33,883 nucleotides of DNA, taken from positions 1 through 33,883 of the IMG/VR virus record IMGVR_UViG_3300032373_001167; one strand, given 5' to 3'. Source of the stretch: a virus. Its lineage: Duplodnaviria; Caudoviricetes. Below are positions 26,652-33,345 of the stretch, in pieces. Below the pieces are notes generated by a model. It saw only the letters and a list, made by a program, of their open reading frames with translations. It had not been told where the DNA came from and did no database searches. Positions within the stretch are counted from its first letter, which is position 1, and the number at the start of each line of letters is the position of its first letter. A program made the position numbers and the translations under genes.

Positions 26652-27347
26652 TCAGGCCTCAGCATCGATCGACGCGGTGGCGTCCTGATCCAATCCCTTC
26701 GCGCGGGCACGCTCCTTTGCCGCAGCGGCCGTGCGGACCTTGCGGAACTCGGACCGCAACAGGTGCAGCACATCGCGCTGTGGCACGCTGAACCTTTCGG
26801 CCATTGCCGACGCGAAATCGGGCAGCGCGCCCTCAAAAATCTGCAGCATCATGCCCGCGATCTGCGCCATCTGCTCGCGCCCATCGTCGGTGGACATGAG
26901 CATCCCCTGACGCAGCGCCTCATCCGTCGCCTGCAGGCGATTACGGCGCAGCTGCTCTTCCAGTTTTGCGCGCTTGAGCTGGTCCTCTACGGTATCCGGC
27001 CTGTTGGGCAGCGCCGCAGGTTCGTTGGACCCGGCGCTTTCCATTGGCAGGGGCGGCTGACCGGAGCCTGAGTTGAATGGCGGCTCTATGTTGACGGGAA
27101 CCGGATCCGCTGTCGTTTTGGTCGCGATACCGTTGCCCAGCGATTGCCCGATGTGACGATTGCGGCGCACCTGATCAACGGCGATCTCAAAGACCACCTT
27201 GCCCTTTTTCCCCGGCAGCGTGAACGCGTCGTCGCGCAGGATATCTTTCGATTTCCACTGGCTGACAGCCGCGCGGCTGACCCCCAGTTCCCGCGCGAAA
27301 TCTGCCTGCGACATCTCTTGATGTGCTGGCTGCATGTGCTGATCCAT
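26652..27347 (-). CDS. terS: Terminase small subunit (Nu1-like)
   Basis: N-terminal HTH SQADFARELGVSRAAVSQWK, then a coiled coil; lies between cos and terL. Confidence 0.85.
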   Translation of the reverse strand: MDQHMQPAHQEMSQADFARELGVSRAAVSQWKSKDILRDDAFTLPGKKGKVVFEIAVDQVRRNRHIGQSLGNGIATKTTADPVPVNIEPPFNSGSGQPPLPMESAGSNEPAALPNRPDTVEDQLKRAKLEEQLRRNRLQATDEALRQGMLMSTDDGREQMAQIAGMMLQIFEGALPDFASAMAERFSVPQRDVLHLLRSEFRKVRTAAAAKERARAKGLDQDATASIDAEA

Positions 27348-27423
27348 CCTGTCCGGGGCGGGCTGGTGAACCCGCCCGGCATCTCACAATCCCCTATTGT
27401 TAAGGCTTCTCGAACCCAGTCTG

Positions 27424-27482
27424 ACTACCGATCCCTCGGGCGGTCGGTGCCCCGCTGGCGCGGCGAGGGGCGGAAAGGTACC
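27424..27482 (-). other. Lambda-type cos site; predicted 12-nt cohesive end GGGCACCGACCG (27452-27441) and cosQ-like GGTACCT (27482-27476)
   Basis: GGTACCT TTCCG N18 GGGCACCGACCG CCCGAGGGATCGGTAGT aligns without gaps to lambda GGGTCCT TTCCG N18 GGGCGGCGACCT CGCGGGTTTTCGCTATT (lambda sequence recalled). Confidence 0.75.
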
Positions 27483-27498
27483 TTTTTTCAAGGCCCGC

Positions 27499-28071
27499 TC
27501 AGAGGCCCAGAAGGCGGCTGATTTCGTGGTCGAGGCGGCGCGGCAGGTTCTGAGACACGCTGGTCTCGAAGGCTTCGGCTGTGGCGCCGGATGCCATCTC
27601 TTCTGGGATAAACACACCCGACTTGACCTTCTTGAGATCAAACCGGTACTCGCTCACCCGGTCCATCACGTGGCCACCGAATGCCGTCAGATCCACGCGG
27701 CGCGGGAATGCACCACCCCGAAAGAAGGTGCGCGGGAACAAGGTGCGCCCGCGTGCAGTTCCGAGATTGGCGACCACACCAGCCTGCGTTTCGCGCTTCT
27801 GGAAGTATTTCAGCGCAATGTCGCCGCCCTTTGATGTGAGCGAATACTCCAGATTACTCCACGACGAACGCGTGGTCTTGACGGCGCGGCGGATGGTTTT
27901 TTGCGGCAATCCAACCTGTGCGGCCAAGGTCCGAATAACCTGTGTTCGCGCCATGTCGCCCGTCCGATTCAAAGCCCGGTTCACTGCCTTGGGCGCGTTG
28001 TCACCGAGCGCACCGAGCATGTTCTCGAACCGCCCGAGGCCCGCTACATCCACTTCACCAACGCTGAACAT
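27499..28071 (-). CDS. Minor tail protein Z-like protein (lambda gpZ family)
   Basis: Basic protein; KAVNRALNRTG...LPRRLDHEISRLL pattern; ATG 28071 with AAGGGA RBS. Confidence 0.75.
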   Translation of the reverse strand: MFSVGEVDVAGLGRFENMLGALGDNAPKAVNRALNRTGDMARTQVIRTLAAQVGLPQKTIRRAVKTTRSSWSNLEYSLTSKGGDIALKYFQKRETQAGVVANLGTARGRTLFPRTFFRGGAFPRRVDLTAFGGHVMDRVSEYRFDLKKVKSGVFIPEEMASGATAEAFETSVSQNLPRRLDHEISRLLGL

Positions 28072-28094
28072 CACGTATCCCTTCAATCCACGGG

Positions 28095-28206
28095 GCGCGG
28101 GCCGGGCGCTACTCCGGCTTGTGCCATCACTTTCAGCCGCCTTGCACATGGGGTTTCCACGGGCTGTCTCTGTGCCCCGGCGTGTCCGCTTTCCACGCCG
28201 CCGCGC
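28095..28206 (-). ncRNA. Candidate tRNA-like structured RNA (112 nt) in the late leader
   Basis: Closing stem GCGCGG/CCGCGC; 5' arm CGGCGTG-GAAAGCGGA-CACGCCG; 3' arm GCCGG-AGTAGCGC-CCGGC stacked on the closing stem; central CAGCC/GGCTG domain. No canonical TTCRA loop or CCA. Confidence 0.5.
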
Positions 28207-28211
28207 TCAGG

Positions 28212-28244
28212 AAAAAGGCCTGCCGTGGTTTCCCATGGCAGGCC
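28212..28244 (-). terminator. Intrinsic terminator t2 of the late leader
   Basis: GGCCTGCCATGG-GAAA-CCACGGCAGGCC followed by TTTTT. Confidence 0.85.
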
Positions 28245-28326
28245 GGCTTACGAGCAGTCTTGGACATTGTCAGGTTACATGACGGCCTCCCGCATCGGGT
28301 TTTCACGATCCACATTCTGCGGATAT

Positions 28327-28358
28327 GAAAATGGCCCGCGCGTTTCCGCCGGGCCGTT
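28327..28358 (-). terminator. Intrinsic terminator t1 of the late leader
   Basis: GGCCCG-GCG-GAAA-CGC-G-CGGGCC followed by ATTTTC. Confidence 0.7.
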
Positions 28359-28506
28359 GGACATAATAATTTCGTGGCGGATCTTCAGGTTTTCAAATCG
28401 CCCAAATCCGAATGCGAAACACCGAAACGGTATTTCCCCACCTACTCGGTTTAACTGCATCGCGCCGAAGCACTTCCGTCAGGGACTTGGTATTAGTGGT
28501 AAGCTG

Positions 28507-28536
28507 AGTGTTAAATGTCCGCTAAGCGCGCGTCAA
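28507..28536 (-). promoter_or_regulatory. Putative late promoter (pR'-like)
   Basis: TTGACG (28536-28531), 17-nt spacer, TAACAC(T); immediately downstream of the NusG-like gene. Confidence 0.5.
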
Positions 28537-28548
28537 CCCCCTTAACAA

Positions 28549-29229
28549 TTACATCTGCCCATTTATTGTCTCTGATTTTATTGTCTCCAACAGGCTGCTT
28601 CTGATTTCGGTAAGGACATCGCCCCCGAGAATATCTAGGGTCGCCTTAACTGTCGGACCTGTCACATCGACCACGCGGACATGGGCACCGTCCAGTGGAC
28701 CCGACACCACTCGCGCCACATCACCAACCGCGAATTCGCAACCTGTTCTCATATATCGAGCACACTCTGACGAAAGCTCCCCACCACCCCATCGCCGCAT
28801 CAGTTGCATGACCCCACCCGGTGGAATTGAGACGGGTCGGCCCCCGGTGCCCATGACACCGGTGACCACATCGAGCGCCATCAATTCGTGCCAGCGCGCC
28901 TCGCCGACCGGCCAGCCGACGAACATCCAATCCACCAGCAGAGGCTGCGTGACCAGTTGCTTCTCAGCGCTGAACCGGTTCTTGCGGCGCAATACCTTCT
29001 TGACCGGCAAAAATACCTCGAACCCGGCGCGGCGCAGCAGATGCTCGGGCAGAAATACGCGGTCGCCGGTGTCCTGAACCCGGCGCTGGCGGACGCGACC
29101 GGATTTGTCGCGGTACGCCTCGAACGCGCCGCCGATGGTTATGGTTCGGATGCCGCCAACCTGCTTGCGCTTGACCCGGACGGCGAACCACTGCAGTTCC
29201 TGCGCCTCGATTTTTCCCATGATACTCAT
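28549..29229 (-). CDS. NusG/RfaH-family late antiterminator (NGN + KOW)
   Basis: QWFAVRVK, LRRAGFEVFLP and PLLVDWMFVG (NGN); FAVGDVARVVSGPLDG (KOW); occupies the lambda Q position; ATG 29229 is ATGA-coupled. Confidence 0.88.
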   Translation of the reverse strand: MSIMGKIEAQELQWFAVRVKRKQVGGIRTITIGGAFEAYRDKSGRVRQRRVQDTGDRVFLPEHLLRRAGFEVFLPVKKVLRRKNRFSAEKQLVTQPLLVDWMFVGWPVGEARWHELMALDVVTGVMGTGGRPVSIPPGGVMQLMRRWGGGELSSECARYMRTGCEFAVGDVARVVSGPLDGAHVRVVDVTGPTVKATLDILGGDVLTEIRSSLLETIKSETINGQM

Positions 29230-29813
29230 GCCTTGACCCCGTGTTGCGCCGATAGTTCCGCGATCTGGCGGCACCTGTGCAGGATCGCCAAGCGCCGCGA
29301 CCGCCATTGTTCCTGTGCCGGTTCCAGCGCCCCACCGCGCGCCAGCACGTCATCAAAGACCCGCATCTGCCGGACCGGATCGGCGGCGTGCTCCTTGATC
29401 GATTTGACGGCGAACGCGCCGGGCCAGCGCCGGGACTTGCGCAGATCCGCCAGCAATTCCGGCGCCCACCCTCCGGCAAGCGCATCCAGCCCCAGCGGAT
29501 TGGCGAACACCGCCCGGATGAGCGGCGAAGCATCATCGCCCGGCGGCTGGATCAGCGCCGCCCATTCCAGAATGCGATTGGCGATCGGCAGGCGGTCCTT
29601 GTCCTTGCCGCCCGGACTGGCGGCAACCTGTTCCTGCAGCGCCGCCAGATTGCCATCGGTCATATAGGCCAGCCGCGCGCAGAGATCCTCGACCATCTCG
29701 GCGAATTGCGCCTTGCTCAGCGCCGCAGGCTTGGCCAGCCCGCGCCGCAACAGCGGGTCCACCAGCACTTGCCTGACCCGCTTTTCCCCGTCTGCCTGTT
29801 GTGCACTGTCCAT
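29226..29813 (-). CDS. Hypothetical replication-region protein (195 aa)
   Basis: Helical ORF directly after the origin and coupled to the NusG-like gene. Confidence 0.75.
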   Translation of the reverse strand: MDSAQQADGEKRVRQVLVDPLLRRGLAKPAALSKAQFAEMVEDLCARLAYMTDGNLAALQEQVAASPGGKDKDRLPIANRILEWAALIQPPGDDASPLIRAVFANPLGLDALAGGWAPELLADLRKSRRWPGAFAVKSIKEHAADPVRQMRVFDDVLARGGALEPAQEQWRSRRLAILHRCRQIAELSAQHGVKA

Positions 29814-29894
29814 CGTGTTTGCCTTTTGTTGTCTTCTCAGCAGATGCCCGGTTTCAAATCGTGATCGGTTGGTAATTGGGCGCTTTCGGCAATG

Positions 29895-30053
29895 TCGTTT
29901 TTTATTATTTGTTCTTATGTCCTTTTAGAGTGGAATATTTCGGCGCGAATTGAGCCTCGAACACGCGCTTTTCCATCCAAACCTTTCCGTTTTCCTTCCA
30001 GTTTCCTTCCAGAACATTCCAGTTTCCTTCCAATGGAAGAAACCGGAAGGAAA
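29895..30053. repeat. Iteron array plus AT-rich tract, putative replication origin
   Basis: TTTCCTTCCA at 29991-30000, 30002-30011 and 30023-30032; inverted copy GGAAGGAAA at 30045-30053; degenerate copies near 29969-29990; AT-rich tract about 29895-29940. Confidence 0.7.
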
Positions 30054-30701
30054 TCACAAACCCATTTCGGCGCGCCAATCGATGCCCTCGCGAGCCAATG
30101 AGAAGGCCTCGAGCGCGACACGCACCAGCTGCGGGCGACGCTGCTTGCCGGGAAAATTATCGAGGATGAACTGGTCGAATTGCAGCACCGCCACGTCGTC
30201 TTCGGTCAGGCCCTTGGACGCGCCTGCCCGCAGCATCCTGCTCGGCAGGTCCTCAAGTCGCTTGCGCTCTCGATCGGCCTCGCGCTTGGCCAGCCGGTCA
30301 TCGCGCATACCGAGGGCCTCTTGTGCGATCCGCATCACCACCGGGTGATAGAGCCGGACGTGGCCATTGTCGCAGTAGCATTGCTGCCAATTATACAGCG
30401 GGCCAATCGGGCGCTCGCAAAGGCGCCGCCATTCTTCCAGCGATTCACCCGCCAGTCGCGCCAGCAGACGTTCGTCGACCGGCAAGGTGCCGACCGGATC
30501 CTCTTTCTGCGCGATGTTGAACAGGTCGAACCCCACCGCACGGACCTCTTTGTCGGCCAGCAGGCGGAATTCCGAGTGCAGCCACCAGTCGAAGCGCCAT
30601 GTCATGAAATAATGGCTGTCGAGCCGCTCACCCGACGGGATCGGATATTCGAACAGATCGTGGCCGTCGATCAGCCGGATGGGGCGGGCCGCGCTACTCA
30701 T
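30054..30701 (-). CDS. Putative replication initiator N-terminal domain protein (DUF1376/YdaU-like)
   Basis: FDWWLHSEF, PVGTLPVDERLLARLAG, RLYHPVV and READRERKR motifs; ATG 30701 is ATGA-coupled; abuts the iterons. Confidence 0.7.
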   Translation of the reverse strand: MSSAARPIRLIDGHDLFEYPIPSGERLDSHYFMTWRFDWWLHSEFRLLADKEVRAVGFDLFNIAQKEDPVGTLPVDERLLARLAGESLEEWRRLCERPIGPLYNWQQCYCDNGHVRLYHPVVMRIAQEALGMRDDRLAKREADRERKRLEDLPSRMLRAGASKGLTEDDVAVLQFDQFILDNFPGKQRRPQLVRVALEAFSLAREGIDWRAEMGL

Positions 30702-31252
30702 GGCGTTTGGATTCCAGCCAGTTCCCTGAACCGCGCCAGAAACATCGCCTTGGCGGCCCCCGGTGCCCAAAAGCGCAGAGTGATCGGGGCTGCATCCGTG
30801 TTCGAATAGGCGGGCCAATGATCATCATTGCGCATGGCCTGCGCCTGTTCGGCGCGCAGCATTTTCCTGTCAGCTTCCTTTACGGCGGGCGACAAAGGCG
30901 ACGTCAAACCATAGCGTTGGAACACCGCCCTTTCGGCCAAATCCTCGATGCGCCTGTAACTTGGCAAAAGCATCTTCAATGGCTTTGCGATGTCGCCGAT
31001 GAATGCCTCGGGGGCATCGTGCATCAACGCCTCAAAAGCAAGTTCCGGCGCAACGATGCGGCTGGCGTGAACCGAGTGTTCGGCGACCGAATAGAATTGG
31101 CGGCATTGCCCCGTGAAGCGGCAGATATGTGCCAAGCCATGGGCGATGTCGTCAATCGTGAAGTCAGAGCTGTGCGGATCTTCGAAATCGAAATAGGCAC
31201 CACTTCTGAGAGCGATGGTCGGCCCGACGATATGCTTTACCTTGGCGTCCAT
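30698..31252 (-). CDS. HD-domain phosphohydrolase (YfbR/YfdR-like 5'-deoxynucleotidase)
   Basis: IDDIAHGLAHICRF, YSVAEHS, ALMHDAPEAFIGD and VKEADRKML motifs. Confidence 0.9.
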   Translation of the reverse strand: MDAKVKHIVGPTIALRSGAYFDFEDPHSSDFTIDDIAHGLAHICRFTGQCRQFYSVAEHSVHASRIVAPELAFEALMHDAPEAFIGDIAKPLKMLLPSYRRIEDLAERAVFQRYGLTSPLSPAVKEADRKMLRAEQAQAMRNDDHWPAYSNTDAAPITLRFWAPGAAKAMFLARFRELAGIQTP

Positions 31253-31639
31253 TTACGTCTCCGTTTCAGCGGCCCGCGCCAGCCGGTCCAGATACCAGGC
31301 CGTCGTCAGGCGTGAGAAATAGTTGCGACCGGCGCGGGACAGCGCCCGCAGTCTTTCGTCGCGGCGTTCGTCCTTGCCCTTGCGCCATGCCAACAGTGCT
31401 GGCGCAACCTTCTGTCCGATGCGGCGCATCTCGGCTTCATCCGAACGGCGGCAGGACTCGCTGCAATAGCGTTGCCAACTCAGGCGCGGCGCGAAGGGCT
31501 GCGAACACAGTGGGTTCTGGCAGGTCCCCGGCGCAACCAAGGGGCACGCGGCCAGTTCGGCATGCGCAACATCCCGGAAAGGCTCAATTTCAAAATGCAC
31601 CGCCTGTGCATTTGCAGGTCGCAAGGCGCATGGGGTCAT
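31253..31639 (-). CDS. Hypothetical Zn-finger protein
   Basis: CQNPLC...QRYCSESC motif; ATGA-coupled. Confidence 0.7.
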   Translation of the reverse strand: MTPCALRPANAQAVHFEIEPFRDVAHAELAACPLVAPGTCQNPLCSQPFAPRLSWQRYCSESCRRSDEAEMRRIGQKVAPALLAWRKGKDERRDERLRALSRAGRNYFSRLTTAWYLDRLARAAETET

Positions 31640-32049
31640 GGTGCCAAAACCCCCAGATCGGCCTGTGTGGCGAAAATTTCGGCCAGTGTGAAATCCCAGC
31701 GGATCTGCATCATGTCGACCACGGGCAGGCCATACCGGTTGTCAAACCACGCCAGCAGGGCGTCATAGCTTGCAAACCCATCAACCCGCGCCAGGTCTTC
31801 GATCGACGGTCTGCGCAGCATGGTGGAACCGTCGACAAGAAGGCCCCAGTGGTGGATTTCCACCGGGCGCGCATAGAGGCACGGTGCGCGCAACAGCAAG
31901 TGGCAGGATTTGGTCCGCATGCCGGTGTAGATCTGCAATTGTTCGCGCGCCACGGCATGGCGGCGCTTGCCGAGCGGGCGGATGGTGGACCGCTTGCTGC
32001 CCGAGAGGATATCGGCGGCGAATTCGCGCTGAAAATTATAGGCGACCAT
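31636..32049 (-). CDS. ASCH/PUA-like domain protein
   Basis: FAADILSGSKRSTIR, LQIYTGMRTK and LARVDGF motifs. Confidence 0.75.
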   Translation of the reverse strand: MVAYNFQREFAADILSGSKRSTIRPLGKRRHAVAREQLQIYTGMRTKSCHLLLRAPCLYARPVEIHHWGLLVDGSTMLRRPSIEDLARVDGFASYDALLAWFDNRYGLPVVDMMQIRWDFTLAEIFATQADLGVLAP

Positions 32050-32074
32050 CAGCCACCCTCCACTTTATTGATCA

Positions 32075-32581
32075 CTACACCACCCGCCCGGTGAGGCACC
32101 GCAATAGTCTGTCGGTTTGAGCTTCGAGCGCCTTAATCCGGGCCTGCATCACGTCTGTGTCGCGCCGGACATCACCGCTATTGCGCATGATGCTGACAAC
32201 CAATTCCCAGGATGGCGCATCCTTGTCGCGGCGGGGCGCTGATATCTGGCACTTCCATTTGTTACCATCCCACTCCCAGAGGCCCGCCCAGTCAGGAACT
32301 TCCTCTTTCGTGATCAGCCCCGGCGGGGTCACATAGTAAAACTCATCCGAGAAAAGCCGCGCCTCTCGCTGCTTGATCGCATTGTCTCGCCTGAAATCTG
32401 CCCGGCTGACTTTGATTTCGTAGGCGCGAGCAAGATAGCCTTTGCCGGCGTGAGGGTGCAGCGACCAGAAATCACAGCGGCGCGCCCCGCTGGACATGGC
32501 CAATTCTACAGCCCATATCTCACTACGGCACCGGTCCTTCAACGCGTTGAGAATGCCCTCAGCTTTTTCGGCGTCAGTCAC
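32075..32581 (-). CDS. MmcB-like PD-(D/E)xK nuclease-fold protein
   Basis: RRCD...AYEIKVSRADFRRD...FYYVTPPGLI...EVPDWAGL motif. Confidence 0.75.
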   Translation of the reverse strand: MTDAEKAEGILNALKDRCRSEIWAVELAMSSGARRCDFWSLHPHAGKGYLARAYEIKVSRADFRRDNAIKQREARLFSDEFYYVTPPGLITKEEVPDWAGLWEWDGNKWKCQISAPRRDKDAPSWELVVSIMRNSGDVRRDTDVMQARIKALEAQTDRLLRCLTGRVV

Positions 32582-32861
32582 CCTGCGATCCCTCCTTTTG
32601 TGCCGCTATCGGTTGATCGAAAATTTCATGGAATACCCCGCTAAAAGTCGCATCACGATGGACTGAAGCTTGCCGCGCAATCTCTTCATGGTAATCAACC
32701 AGAGAACGCAGCCGCTCGATTTCAGCCTGATCTGCGGCGTGCCGCTGGTCAAACTCTGTCAGCAGCTTTCGAACGCGCTCATTTTCAGGCCCAAGTTTTT
32801 CAAACTGTCGGGTCAAGCTCTCCACCTGCCTCTGCAAAACGCCCATGATCACATCACTCAC
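32574..32861 (-). CDS. Hypothetical coiled-coil protein (about 95 aa)
   Basis: GTG 32861 with GGAG RBS; heptad pattern; fills the gap between two co-oriented genes. Confidence 0.6.
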   Translation of the reverse strand: MSDVIMGVLQRQVESLTRQFEKLGPENERVRKLLTEFDQRHAADQAEIERLRSLVDYHEEIARQASVHRDATFSGVFHEIFDQPIAAQKEGSQGD

Positions 32862-33345
32862 TGGACGGCTCCATCTGGTGGCCCGCATCGCGCATCGCGG
32901 CGGCGAGAATGCCCTGCATTGCCACAGTCGATTGGCGCCTGAGGGCTTGCGATACATATCCAGCCGAGAACCCCAATGCGCGGCTGGCCGACGCCATCGA
33001 CGGATAGGTTTGCACGCCGATGGTCACCGGTTTCGAGACCGCGCCATTGTAGCGCTGCGGCAAGCCAACCTGATCTTCACGCCCTTCGGACAGGGCTTTT
33101 TGAATGGCGTTGGGCGTGACACCCAAATGGGCAGCCGCCGCGTTGGTCGATGGGAATACGCGCCCCCGGATGCGAACCGGAAGCGGCTCGGCCCCGACGG
33201 CCCCGGTGCCGAGCCGGTGTGCTGTCCCTTTGCGCAGGGCGATCCGCACGGCTTCGGGCGTGACACCCAATGCCGCCGCCGCCACATTTGCGTCCGGGTA
33301 GACAACGCCCCGCACTTCGAAGTCGCGATAGATCCGCTTACCCAT
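32854..33345 (-). CDS. Protein made of three NUMOD1-like HTH repeats
   Basis: VRGVVYPDANVAAAALGVT / IRGRVFPSTNAAAAHLGVT / IGVQTYPSMASASRALGFS; no nuclease domain. Confidence 0.75.
   Translation of the reverse strand: MGKRIYRDFEVRGVVYPDANVAAAALGVTPEAVRIALRKGTAHRLGTGAVGAEPLPVRIRGRVFPSTNAAAAHLGVTPNAIQKALSEGREDQVGLPQRYNGAVSKPVTIGVQTYPSMASASRALGFSAGYVSQALRRQSTVAMQGILAAAMRDAGHQMEPSSE

Noticed and set aside
5816-27347. Gene transfer agent or tailocin interpretation
   Set aside because: A cos site, terminase, full head module, origin and early genes are all present, which indicates a genuine prophage.
28095-28206. Canonical tRNA gene
   Set aside because: No TTCRA T-loop, no 7-nt anticodon loop in the correct geometry and no CCA; kept only as a tRNA-like candidate.
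28357-28390. Hammerhead-like core CTGAAGA...GAAA...GTC on the minus strand of the late leader
   Set aside because: Stems I, II and III cannot form around the core nucleotides.
28133-28460. Short minus-strand ORFs of 60-61 aa in the late leader, and the 5' extension of the gpZ-like ORF to 28149
   Set aside because: They run through terminator hairpins and structured RNA and have no convincing RBS.
29915-30121. 68-aa ORF across the iterons, or a CRISPR-like reading of the repeats
   Set aside because: Repeats are 10 bp with 1-12 nt gaps, there are no unique spacers and no cas genes; the ORF is a translation of the iterons.
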